DNA of 64,000 nt from Rhodobacterales bacterium (GTDB lineage Bacteria; Pseudomonadota; Alphaproteobacteria; Rhodobacterales; Rhodobacteraceae): positions 141,507 to 205,506 of the forward strand of contig JAPLPE010000022.1 of the NCBI GenBank assembly GCA_026400355.1, read 5' to 3'. Below the pieces are notes generated by a model. That model was not told where the DNA came from. It saw only the letters and a program-made list of their open reading frames with translations, and did not search any database. The stretch's first letter is position 1. Every line of letters begins with the position of its first letter. The position numbers and the translations under genes are program-made. This document shows, in pieces, positions 7,918 through 16,795 of the stretch.

Positions 7918-8128
7918 TTGAGCGGGATCAGCGGGGCCTCCAGTGGAGGCACCGCCCCACTCACGACCCGCCGACTCCACCTCCCACCGTTCCGCCAACA
8001 CAACAGAAAGTCGGCTCCTGCCCCGGCGGAGCCCCTGCCCTCTGGGGGGCAGGGGCTGGCCGAAAGCGGGGTGTCCGGCATGAATGTGCCCCTCGCAGCG
8101 CGTGACCAAGGCGACTGTCTTGGTCAAA
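7918..8128 (-). repeat. Copy A of a three-member intergenic structured element (candidate ncRNA or 5' UTR element upstream of ribBA)
   Basis: Shares two modules with the copies at 14339..14494 and 33808..34027. One is a 45-nt 3' module, GRGCGGTGCYTCCACTGGAGGCCCCGYTGATCCCGCTC. The other is a 5' hairpin, TGACCAAG-N8-CTTGG. Substitutions keep pairing on the minus strand only. Confidence 0.6.
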
Positions 8129-8204
8129 TCAAGAACCGGCTTGGACCTGTCGGGTGCGCTTCAGCGCACCATCGCCAGGCAACCTGCGCCAAAGAACAAA
8201 GCGC

Positions 8205-8780
8205 CTAACCTGCCAGCCCGCCAAAATACCTGTCGCCCGTCAGGAACCCGGCCGTCTTGCCCGCTTCGGCCCATTCCCGCTCCAGCGGGGTCTCTCCGAT
8301 CACCAGATACCCGTCAGAAGGCCGCCCGCGTGACAGGATGATCGCCCGTATCTGATCCCGCATCGCAACCCAGCTTTCTGTCGACCGTGGCGCAGGAGAA
8401 GCCGCATCCAGAACCCCGGCCTCCAACACCGCGTCCAAAGACAAAGGCGGCTGAACCACCGCCGTCCGGTCTGCCCCCACCAGAGCCGCCAGCCGCGACA
8501 CCCGATCAGACGGCAGCGCCTGCCCGTCGCACAGCACCCGCAGCGCGTTTGACGAAAACAGGAACCCGATCACATCCCGCCCCGTCGCAGCCCGCACCCC
8601 GGCATAGGTCCTGTAGGGCAGCCCGAGTTGCTGCGCCCGCTTCACCCGCAGTCGCAAAACTTCAATGGGCAGCGTAGGCAAAAGGCTTTCTCGTGCCCGG
8701 TTCCAGGCGAAGCGGCGCCAGCTTGTCTCGCCCTCGAATTCCGGCCCATTGTTGTGCCCGATCCCCGCGATCATTCCCAT
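8205..8780 (-). CDS. Conserved hypothetical protein embedded in the rib operon
   Basis: ORF 8205..8906. The ATG at 8780 (MGMIAGIGHNNGPEF...) overlaps the ribE stop (ATGGGAATGA), which suggests translational coupling. No family recognised. Confidence 0.55.
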   Translation of the reverse strand: MGMIAGIGHNNGPEFEGETSWRRFAWNRARESLLPTLPIEVLRLRVKRAQQLGLPYRTYAGVRAATGRDVIGFLFSSNALRVLCDGQALPSDRVSRLAALVGADRTAVVQPPLSLDAVLEAGVLDAASPAPRSTESWVAMRDQIRAIILSRGRPSDGYLVIGETPLEREWAEAGKTAGFLTGDRYFGGLAG

Positions 8781-9373
8781 TCCCGCAACCGCGCGACATA
8801 GCGCGCCATCGTGTCGATCTCGATATTCACCAGATCGCCGACCTTGGTCTGACCCCAGGTCGTTACCTGCTTGGTGTGAGGGATGACGTTGATCCCAAAG
8901 GAACAACCCTCGACCTCGTTCACGGTCAGCGAAGTCCCGTTCAGCGCTACGGAACCCTTGGAGGCGATGAACTTCGCCAGGGCCTCTGGCGCATTGAACA
9001 CCATCCGCGTGCTTGACCCTTCATCCAGCAGCGATGTCACTCGCGCCACACCATCCACATGGCCCGAGACGATATGTCCGCCCAACTCGTCACCCAACTT
9101 CAGCGCCCGTTCCAGATTGATCCGCTGCCCCACCTGCCAATGGTTGTGTCCGATGTTGGTCTTGCCCACCGTCTCGGCCGAGATTTGCACGTCGAACCAG
9201 TTGCGCGGGCTTTTGCCCAGCGCCACGACCGTCAGACAGACGCCGTCGCAGCAGATCGACGCGCCGATATCGATATGATCCACGTCGTAATGCGTGCCAA
9301 TCCGAGCCCGCAGATCGTCCTCGGTCTGCGTCTCGAGCACTTCGCCAACGTCGGTAATGATCCCAGTGAACAT
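8771..9373 (-). CDS. ribE: Riboflavin synthase alpha chain
   Basis: MFTGIITDVGEV...SICCDGVCLTV...GHIVSGHVDG...SVALNGTSLTVN shows two lumazine-binding repeats. The ATG at 9373 has GAAAGGGGA upstream. Confidence 0.92.
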   Translation of the reverse strand: MFTGIITDVGEVLETQTEDDLRARIGTHYDVDHIDIGASICCDGVCLTVVALGKSPRNWFDVQISAETVGKTNIGHNHWQVGQRINLERALKLGDELGGHIVSGHVDGVARVTSLLDEGSSTRMVFNAPEALAKFIASKGSVALNGTSLTVNEVEGCSFGINVIPHTKQVTTWGQTKVGDLVNIEIDTMARYVARLREWE

Positions 9374-9576
9374 TGTAGGTCCCCTTTCGCGCCAGAGGTA
9401 ATGGGTTGCCCGCCAAGGGGCAAGCCGCCCCGCCCCGACAGCGAGGTCGCGCGGACAAGCGTCCCGGCCCGTTGCGCATTCGCGACTTTCAACCTTACAC
9501 TCGCCTTCCTGCCTCAATTGTGCTAATTCTTTTGCGTATCCTCCTTCGGATTGAATTCCGCCCCGGACATGACAGA

Positions 9577-10875
9577 GTGACCGCCGTTCCGACAGACTGC
9601 CCGACGCACCAGTTCCTTTTCCTTCAGGGGCCGCATGGGCCGTTCTTTCACCGGCTTGCCCAAATGCTCCGCAAGGCAGGTGCCGAGGTCTGGCGTGTTG
9701 GCTTCAACGCAGGCGACCGCGCCTTCTGGTTCGGAAGCTACGGCTACATCCCCTACCGCGGCACGCCTGAAGACTGGCCGTCGACCATCGCAGCACTTCT
9801 TGCCGAAAAGCAGATTACAGATATCGTGCTCTACGGCGATACCCGTACAATCCACGCGCAGGCGGTGGATGCGGCCCGCGCCCAGGGCATCACCGTTCAT
9901 GTCTTTGAAGAAGGCTACATGCGCCCCTGGTGGGTGACTTATGAACGCGGCGGCACCAACGGCAATTCGCGCCTGATGGACATGACCGTCGCCGACATGA
10001 CCCGCGCGCTCGAAATGTCCGATCTTGACGTGCCCGAACCGCCTGCCCGCTGGGGCGACATGCGCCAGCATGTGTTCTACGGCGCACTCTACCACTGGTT
10101 CGTTCTGTTCAGGAATGGCGATTACCGCCATTTCCGCCGCCACCGCGACCTGCCTCTGGTGACCGAGACCTGGCTCTATACCAAGCGCCTCATCCTCATG
10201 CCGTACTTCGCGCTACAGCGCAGGATGGCCACAGCTCGGATCAAATACGGCGGCTTTCCCTATCACCTTGTCCTGCTGCAATTGGAACATGACTCTAGTT
10301 TCCGGAAGCACTCGCCCTTCACCTCGATGGCAGAATTCCTTGACATTGTGATCGACGGCTTTGCCAAAGGTGCCCCCCGCCACCACCACCTTGTCTTCAA
10401 GGCCCACCCGCTTGAAAACGGCCGCTCTCCCCTCTGGCGCACCATCCGGGAAATGGCCGAAGCAAAAGGCGTGCGCGACCGCGTCCACTATGTCGGCGGC
10501 GGCAAACTGGCGCGTCTTCTCGACCATGCCCGGACCGCTGTCACTGTGAACTCGACCGCCGCCCAGCAGGTTCTCTGGCGGGGCATCCCGCTCAAGGTCT
10601 TTGGCCGTGCCGTCTATGCAAAGCCCGAATTCGTGGCAACCGGCGCGTTGCCCGATTTCTTTGCACAGCCCGGCCGCCCCGATACCCGCGCCTACAAAGA
10701 TTACCGCCGCTACCTTCTCGAAACGTCACAGGTGCCCGGCGGCTTCTACTCCGCCCGGAGTCGCCGTCAGCTTCTCCGGCAGGTTGTGGACATGATGCTC
10801 TCGGACGAAGATCCTTATGACGCCCTCAAATCCGGCAAGGCCGCCCCACGGCAACCCTTGCGGATCGTGAAGTAG
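9577..10875 (+). CDS. kpsS: Capsule biosynthesis protein KpsS-like (single Capsule_synth domain, beta-Kdo transferase family)
   Basis: Contains FLFLQGPHGPFF...VHVFEEGYMRPWW...LLQLEHDSS...TVNSTAAQQ. The start is uncertain; GTG at 9577 is my choice. The ORF track extends to 9406, but that extension does not look like protein. Confidence 0.75.
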   Translation: MTAVPTDCPTHQFLFLQGPHGPFFHRLAQMLRKAGAEVWRVGFNAGDRAFWFGSYGYIPYRGTPEDWPSTIAALLAEKQITDIVLYGDTRTIHAQAVDAARAQGITVHVFEEGYMRPWWVTYERGGTNGNSRLMDMTVADMTRALEMSDLDVPEPPARWGDMRQHVFYGALYHWFVLFRNGDYRHFRRHRDLPLVTETWLYTKRLILMPYFALQRRMATARIKYGGFPYHLVLLQLEHDSSFRKHSPFTSMAEFLDIVIDGFAKGAPRHHHLVFKAHPLENGRSPLWRTIREMAEAKGVRDRVHYVGGGKLARLLDHARTAVTVNSTAAQQVLWRGIPLKVFGRAVYAKPEFVATGALPDFFAQPGRPDTRAYKDYRRYLLETSQVPGGFYSARSRRQLLRQVVDMMLSDEDPYDALKSGKAAPRQPLRIVK

Positions 10876-11038
10876 CGCCCACAACTCCTTGCGCTTCGCT
10901 CGTGGCGGCAGTCCTTGAAAGCGGCAGGCCTGCAACAGTCCGGCCCATCCCCGCCCCCCGGCTAGCTTTTGGCCATGAATTCCGATACGCTAAAAGAAAA
11001 AGTTGAGGCAAGCAATAACAGGTCGAGGAGACCGAGCA

Positions 11039-12175
11039 GTGACAACCCCGATAAAACGCCCCTCAAAGGGCGTGGTGGCCGTTGCGATTCTAGTCTTTCT
11101 GGCCGCATGCGGCCTGCCCAGCACCGGCCCGAACAAAGCCCAGATCTTTTCCGGTTCTGTCATGGAACAGGGCGATGCCTTCGTCCTAACCGTCGATGAC
11201 CGTGTCAACCAGATCGCCGGCGTGACCCCCTCTCTGGGCTTTTCCTCCAGCTTTCAGGATGCGGGCCTGCTTGGGTCGGACACGATCCAACCGGGTGACG
11301 TCCTTGGCCTGACGGTCTGGGAAAACGTAGATGACGGCTTGCTTGTTCCGGCCGGGGCAAACGCGACCAGCCTTGACGAGGTCCAGGTCGATGGCGAAGG
11401 CTTCATCTTTGTCCCTTACGCGGGTCGCATTCGTGCAGCCGGCAACTCGCCCGAAGCAATCCGGCGCATCATATCGGAAAAACTCACCGAACAGACCCCA
11501 GATCCCCAGGTCGAAGTGAACCGCCTTGCCGGCGACGGAGCGACTGTGTCGGTCGTGGGATCGGTCGGCGCACAGGGCGTGTTCCCGATTGAACGCCCGA
11601 CGCGGACGCTAGGTGCCATGCTGGCGCAGGCCGGCGGTATCACGATCCGGCCCGAAATCGCCAAGGTGACGGTCAACCGTGGCGGACAGATCGGCACCGT
11701 CTGGTTCCAGGATATCTACAGCGGCCCCGGCTACAACATCGCGCTGCGCGGCGGTGACCAGATCGTAGTCGAGGAAGACACCCGCGCCTTTACCGCCCTT
11801 GGCGCGACCGGCACGCAGAGCCGGATCGTGTTCCAGAGCCAGACCATCTCGGCGATCGAGGCGCTGGCGCAGGTCGGCGGTCTGAATACCCTGACCGCTG
11901 ACCCGACAGGCGTCTTCGTGTTCCGCAACGAACCCGAACGGATCGCGCAGCAGTTGGTCGGCGACCCGAGCCTCATGGGCACCCAGCGCGTGATCTATGT
12001 CCTCGACCTGACCAAGCCCAACGGCATGTTCATGGCGCGAGATTTCGCGATCCGTGACGGCGACACCGTCTATGTGACCGAAGCGCCCTACACTCAGTTC
12101 GCCAAGGTGCTGGCCGCCTTCTCGGGATCGCTGGTCTCGGTCGGCAACGTTGCGGCGGTTGGCCAGGGGTTCTGA
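11039..12175 (+). CDS. Outer-membrane polysaccharide export lipoprotein (OPX; Wza/KpsD-like)
   Basis: Has the lipobox VFLAAC, a Poly_export-like N-domain (IQPGDVLGLTVWE) and SLBB-like repeats. The GTG at 11039 has GAGGAG 8 nt upstream. Confidence 0.85.
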   Translation: MTTPIKRPSKGVVAVAILVFLAACGLPSTGPNKAQIFSGSVMEQGDAFVLTVDDRVNQIAGVTPSLGFSSSFQDAGLLGSDTIQPGDVLGLTVWENVDDGLLVPAGANATSLDEVQVDGEGFIFVPYAGRIRAAGNSPEAIRRIISEKLTEQTPDPQVEVNRLAGDGATVSVVGSVGAQGVFPIERPTRTLGAMLAQAGGITIRPEIAKVTVNRGGQIGTVWFQDIYSGPGYNIALRGGDQIVVEEDTRAFTALGATGTQSRIVFQSQTISAIEALAQVGGLNTLTADPTGVFVFRNEPERIAQQLVGDPSLMGTQRVIYVLDLTKPNGMFMARDFAIRDGDTVYVTEAPYTQFAKVLAAFSGSLVSVGNVAAVGQGF

Positions 12176-12178
12176 CCC

Positions 12179-14239
12179 TTGGCTCCGTCTGACGGGACAT
12201 CCTCTGAAAATGACAGTGCCGCAGGGGAAACCCCGCGGCGTCTTTTCGTCTACAACGGCGGTTTCCTGACGCAGGGCCGCGTCCGCCGCATCCTGTCCTT
12301 GTCCGGTTACGACATCCGCCTTGGCCGCCCCGGCCCCGACGACATGGTCGGCGTCTGGGGCCAAAGCCCGTCGAGCCCCCGGGGCGAGGCCGTCGCCGCC
12401 TGCACCGATACCCCCATCCTGCGCGTCGAGGACGCCTTCCTCCGCTCCGTCCTGCCCGGCCGCGACGGTGAGCCGCCTCTTGGCCTTATCCTCGACAGTA
12501 CCGGCGTCCATTTCGACGGTTCCGCGCCGTCCGACCTCGAAATCCTGCTCGCCACCCATCCACTTGACGACCCCGGCCTACTGTCGCGTGCCAGCCTCGC
12601 CATGGCTCGGTTGCAGCGCGGTCATCTGTCAAAATACAATGCCTTTGACCCCGCGCTGCCAGGCCCCCCGCCCAACTTTGTCCTTGTCATCGACCAGACG
12701 CGCGGCGACGCCTCGGTCCGCGCTTCGGGCGCTGACGAGACCACCTTCTGCGCGATGCTCGCCGCCGCTCGCGCCGCCCATCCCGGCGTACCTGTTGTCA
12801 TCAAGAGCCACCCCGAAACCACCGCTGGCCACCGCCCTGGGCATTTCACGCCCGCCGAATGCGATGCCACCACAACATTTCTGACCGATCCGATCAGCCC
12901 CTGGACTCTGCTCGCCGGGGCCTCTGCTGTCTACACCGTCAGTTCCCAACTCGGGTTTGAGGCGATCCTTGCCGGTCACCGACCCCATGTCTGGGGCCAG
13001 CCCTTCTATGCCGGTTGGGGGCTGTCCCATGACCGCCACCCCAACCCGCGTCGTGCGCGCACCCTGACCCGCCCGCAACTCTTCGCCACCGCGATGATCC
13101 TTTACCCCCGCTGGTATGACCCTGTCCTCGACCGCCTCTGTTCCCTTGAAGACGCCATCGCAACGCTCGAAGCGGAAACGCGGGCATGGCGCGAGGATCA
13201 CAGGGGCTGGGTCGCAACCGGCATGCGCCTCTGGAAGCAAAAGCGACTTCAGTCCTTTTTCGGCGGCCAACGGCCAGTTCGTTTCATCGAACCCGCCCCA
13301 AAGGCCATCGCCGCCGCCAAAGATCACGGCCTCATGGTCTGGTCCAACCAGATCACACCGGACCTTGATGCCGCAGGTGCCTGCCGTCTTGAAGACGGAT
13401 TCCTGCGCTCCTGCGGCCTCGGCGCCGATCTGATTCCTCCCCTCTCGCTTTGCCTCGACGACCTTGGCATCTACTACGACCCGACCTGTCCCAGCCGGCT
13501 AGATGCCCTGATCGCCGCAAGCACCGTCCTCCCCGAGGACGCCCGCACCCGCGCCGATCGCCTGATCTTGATGCTGACAAAAGAGGGGCTGTCCAAGTAC
13601 AACCTCGACGGCGCGCCTCTTCCCCTCGGCCTACCCGCAGGTCGTCGCATCCTTGTGCCGGGTCAGGTCGAGGATGACGCCTCCATCCGCCATGGTGCCG
13701 CCGACATCCGCACCAACCGCGCCCTGCTCGAAGCTGCCCGCAAGGCCAACCCCGCCGCAGTGATCCTGTACAAGCCCCACCCTGATGTAGAAGCTGGCCT
13801 GCGCCCCGGCATCGTCCCGGATGCCGCAACTTTGGCGGACGCCGTCCTGGACCGAACCAACCCAATTGCCGCTCTTTCGGCCGTAGAACAGGTATGGACT
13901 ATCACTTCCACCCTCGGGTTCGAGGCGCTCCTGCGCGGCAAACGCGTGACCTGCCTTGGCCACCCGTTCTACGCTGGCTGGGGTCTGACCGACGACCGAG
14001 CGGGCCCGCTGCCGCGCCGTACAGCCCGCCCCGACCTGACGGCCCTCGCTCACGCTGTTCTGATCGACTACCCCCGCTATTTCGACCCCGTTACCCGCCG
14101 CCCCTGCCCGCCAGAGGCGATTGTCCACCGCCTCGCGACTGGCACGGTCCCAGAGCCTTCACGAGCCAATCGGTCGCTTGCAAAACTGCAAGGGCTGCTG
14201 GCGGGACAGGCGCATCTCTGGCGGAAGAAGGGACGATAG
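12179..14239 (+). CDS. kpsC: Capsule biosynthesis protein KpsC-like (two tandem Capsule_synth domains)
   Basis: 686 aa with a duplicated VIKSHPE/LYKPHPD...SSQLGFEA/TSTLGFEA...PFYAGWGL architecture. The TTG start at 12179 lies 4 nt after the OPX stop and is uncertain. Confidence 0.85.
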   Translation: MAPSDGTSSENDSAAGETPRRLFVYNGGFLTQGRVRRILSLSGYDIRLGRPGPDDMVGVWGQSPSSPRGEAVAACTDTPILRVEDAFLRSVLPGRDGEPPLGLILDSTGVHFDGSAPSDLEILLATHPLDDPGLLSRASLAMARLQRGHLSKYNAFDPALPGPPPNFVLVIDQTRGDASVRASGADETTFCAMLAAARAAHPGVPVVIKSHPETTAGHRPGHFTPAECDATTTFLTDPISPWTLLAGASAVYTVSSQLGFEAILAGHRPHVWGQPFYAGWGLSHDRHPNPRRARTLTRPQLFATAMILYPRWYDPVLDRLCSLEDAIATLEAETRAWREDHRGWVATGMRLWKQKRLQSFFGGQRPVRFIEPAPKAIAAAKDHGLMVWSNQITPDLDAAGACRLEDGFLRSCGLGADLIPPLSLCLDDLGIYYDPTCPSRLDALIAASTVLPEDARTRADRLILMLTKEGLSKYNLDGAPLPLGLPAGRRILVPGQVEDDASIRHGAADIRTNRALLEAARKANPAAVILYKPHPDVEAGLRPGIVPDAATLADAVLDRTNPIAALSAVEQVWTITSTLGFEALLRGKRVTCLGHPFYAGWGLTDDRAGPLPRRTARPDLTALAHAVLIDYPRYFDPVTRRPCPPEAIVHRLATGTVPEPSRANRSLAKLQGLLAGQAHLWRKKGR

Positions 14240-14338
14240 AAAGGTCAACGTCAAGCTATCCGCCCCAATGGCCCAGTACTCCCCCAACGCTCTCTGACCA
14301 CAAGCAAGCTTAACGGCAAACTCCTGCCCCTCCATGGC

Positions 14339-14494
14339 CTGAGCGGGATCAACGGGGCCTCCAGTGGAAGCACCGCTCCGATCACACCCCATCGGCCCCG
14401 TCGCACATACCTCATTAAGGTCAAGCCCTCGTTGGGGCGTCCAGCCGGAGAGCGACCCTTGCGCCGCGCGCCCAAGACAATGGTCTTGGTCAAT
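14339..14494 (-). repeat. Copy B of the three-member structured element (between the convergent kpsC and ribD ends)
   Basis: The plus strand reads GAGCGGGATCAACGGGGCCTCCAGTGGAAGCACCGCTC at 14341-14378. The hairpin CCAAGAC-AATG-GTCTTGG-TCAA is at 14472-14493. Confidence 0.6.
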
Positions 14495-14539
14495 TGTGCC
14501 AAAGCAAACCCCTGCACTTAGAATTGCCTAGCGATAAGC

Positions 14540-15631
14540 CTACCCCCGCACCCACCGGTGCATCACATCCCCGCCCAGATCCCGCACCTCTGCCAACTGC
14601 AGCCTTGGCGCTTCGGCCAAGGCCTCGACCCCAAGCGCCCCTACCATCGGAATCCCTTCAGCCCCGAGCATCAGCCCGGCACTGAACATTACCAGTTCAT
14701 CCACCAGTCCGGCGCTTAGAAGCGAGGCTGCGAGCCCCCCGCCACCCTCACAGAACACCCGCGTCAAACCCTGCGCCCCCAGTGCCTGCAACACTGACCT
14801 CGGTTCCACCTGCGCATCTGCAACATCGCAGGCCAGACAGACGGCCCCCCGCGCCTCCCACGCCGCAGTTCCTGCGGCACCGGCCCCATGGCAGATCCAC
14901 AGCGGCACCTCGCGCGCCGTCCGCGCAAGTTGACCATTGAACGGAATATCCAGATGCCGCGACACAACCACCCGCACCGGCTGCAGATCGATCCCGAGGC
15001 CTCGCACGGTCAACGCGGGATCATCCGCACGCGCAGTCCCTCCACCCAACATCACCGCATCATGACGCGCCCGCATCGCATGCACAATCCGCCGTGCCGA
15101 AGGCCCTGTGATCCACTGGCTCTCTCCCGAAGCTGTCGCGATCCGACCGTCGAGTGAGGCCGCGAGTTTCAGCGTCACTACGGGTCGCCCTGCTGTCACC
15201 CGCCGAAGGAAACCCTCGTGATCAGCGACAGCCTCCGCTTCCATCACCCCGGTCTCGACCATGATCCCCGCTGACCGCAGCATTGCGATCCCACGCCCCG
15301 CTACGCGCGGATCAGGATCACCTGCCGCCACAACAACCCGTTCCACCCCTGCAGCGATCAGTGCCTCAGCACAGGGCGGTGACTTGCCATGATGGGAACA
15401 GGGCTCCAGCGTCACATAGGCCACCGCCCCCCGCGCAGACACACCGGCCTGCGCCAATGCCTGCGTTTCTGCGTGAGGCCGCCCGCCGTCCGCGGTCCAC
15501 CCACGACCGACGATCCGCCCATCAGCAACAATCACACATCCCACCGCAGGATTGGGCCAGACCCGCCCCATCCCTCGCCGTCCCAGCGACAGGGCCAGCG
15601 TCATGAAGCGTCGGTCTTTGGCCTCGTTCAC
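14540..15631 (-). CDS. ribD: Bifunctional riboflavin biosynthesis protein RibD (deaminase/reductase)
   Basis: Contains [16 protein letters not shown] and [14 protein letters not shown] (CMP/dCMP deaminase zinc site), plus a RibD_C domain. The GTG at 15631 overlaps the nrdR TGA (GTGA). An alternative ATG is at 15604. Confidence 0.93.
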   Translation of the reverse strand: MNEAKDRRFMTLALSLGRRGMGRVWPNPAVGCVIVADGRIVGRGWTADGGRPHAETQALAQAGVSARGAVAYVTLEPCSHHGKSPPCAEALIAAGVERVVVAAGDPDPRVAGRGIAMLRSAGIMVETGVMEAEAVADHEGFLRRVTAGRPVVTLKLAASLDGRIATASGESQWITGPSARRIVHAMRARHDAVMLGGGTARADDPALTVRGLGIDLQPVRVVVSRHLDIPFNGQLARTAREVPLWICHGAGAAGTAAWEARGAVCLACDVADAQVEPRSVLQALGAQGLTRVFCEGGGGLAASLLSAGLVDELVMFSAGLMLGAEGIPMVGALGVEALAEAPRLQLAEVRDLGGDVMHRWVRG

Positions 15632-16095
15632 GTCTCGGTCTTGGCGTTGGGACGGAGCTCTGCCATGAACTTGTCAAAATCGCCCACGGCTTGGAAGTTC
15701 ATATAAACGCTGGCAAAGCGCACATATGCGACGGTATCGATCCGAGCCAGCGTCTCCATCACGATCTCACCGATCTGATGGCTGTGAATATCCGTTTCGC
15801 CCAGTGACTCAAGCCGCCGCACGATGCCCGAGATCATCTGGTCCATCCGTTCGGGCTCGACCGGTCGCTTCTGCAATGCGATGCGGATCGACCGTTCGAG
15901 CTTTCCCCGGTCGAAATCCTCGCGCCGCCCGTTCGACTTGATGACGACAAGATCGCGCAACTGGACGCGTTCATAGGTAGTGAACCGTCCCCCGCAGGCC
16001 GGGCAGAACCGCCGCCGCCGGATCGCCACATGATCCTCGGCAGGCCGGGAATCCTTTACCTGAGTATCGACGTTTCCGCAAAACGGGCAACGCAT
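15628..16095 (-). CDS. nrdR: Transcriptional repressor NrdR
   Basis: [17 protein letters not shown]...[16 protein letters not shown] zinc ribbon followed by an ATP-cone. Confidence 0.96.
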   Translation of the reverse strand: MRCPFCGNVDTQVKDSRPAEDHVAIRRRRFCPACGGRFTTYERVQLRDLVVIKSNGRREDFDRGKLERSIRIALQKRPVEPERMDQMISGIVRRLESLGETDIHSHQIGEIVMETLARIDTVAYVRFASVYMNFQAVGDFDKFMAELRPNAKTET

Positions 16096-16316
16096 GGTCC
16101 TGACCTCGTTTCAATTCCGGGGGGAGCCGCTATCTTCACCCACCAGACTATAGGAAGGGGCGAATTGTTGCACAGAGGAAAGTTTCACCTACCAGATGCA
16201 GGGGATGACCTGTGGCGGACAGGACTCAGGCTGCTGGCGGGATCATGCCGCTTTCCGCTTGCCATACGGCGAGTGACCCATCCAAATCCCGGAGAACATC
16301 AGCAGAAAGGCAGCCC

Positions 16317-16610
16317 ATGGTCATCGAATTTCTCACCTTCCACGTTCCCCTAACCGACCAGCCCGCCTTCATCGCAGCCGATGCCGCCATCTGGACAGCC
16401 ACCCTGTCCTGTCATCCCGGCTATCTGGGGAAAGACATCTGGCGCGACAAGGCCAGCCCAGACAGCCTTCGCCTTGTCATCCGCTGGGCAAGCCGGAACG
16501 CTTGGCACGCCGTGCCCCGCGCACTCCTTGACCAGACGAATGCCGATTTTATCGCCGCTCTCGGTCAGAGCTACCCGGTTCTGTCCTGCACGGAGTTCGA
16601 CGTGATCTGA
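16317..16610 (+). CDS. TIGR03792-like small protein (ABM/dimeric alpha-beta barrel-like), hypothetical
   Basis: Internal ATG at 16317 (MVIEFLTFHVPLTDQPAFIAADAAIWTATL...), with GAAAGG upstream. Confidence 0.6.
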   Translation: MVIEFLTFHVPLTDQPAFIAADAAIWTATLSCHPGYLGKDIWRDKASPDSLRLVIRWASRNAWHAVPRALLDQTNADFIAALGQSYPVLSCTEFDVI

Positions 16611-16795
16611 AGCGAGCTACCGTCCAAGTTCCGTTTGATCCGACTTCAGGCCGTTTCAGCGAAAAACGCGCGCACCGGCACCGTCTTGAGAAACCGAGAC
16701 GTGCCTTCCAATCGAACATCCGAACCGCCAAATTGGGTTCGGATCACGCGGTCGCGAACCATCTGGTCTCGCAGGATTCGCGACAGTCCCGGAGT

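Noticed and set aside
7970-7995. CCUCC-rich segment (CCGACTCCACCTCCCACC) as a member of the Rhodobacter CcsR/cuckoo sRNA family
   Set aside because: The motif is on the plus strand and not displayed in hairpin loops. It is absent from copies B and C, and the structural evidence favours the minus strand.
7755-8204. FMN (RFN) riboswitch expected upstream of ribBA
   Set aside because: Reading the minus strand, I found none of the conserved RFN blocks (GGGGTGAAATTCCC, ACCGGCGGTA, AGCCCGCGAGC, GCCGACGGT, AGTCCGGATG). CCCGACCGGGTGG near 7820 is only a chance partial resemblance.
9406-9576. N-terminal 57 codons of the ORF-track kpsS ORF, and similar long 5' extensions of rluD, ribE, ribBA, mmcB, glgC, glgA, accB and aat
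   Set aside because: The extensions have no homology to the respective families. They often overlap the neighbouring gene or promoter. Internal starts with better Shine-Dalgarno sequences or stop/start overlaps are available.
16096-16316. NrdR boxes or other recognisable operator upstream of nrdR
   Set aside because: I could not identify a paired NrdR-box-like palindrome by eye. NrdR boxes are expected upstream of nrd genes, not of nrdR.
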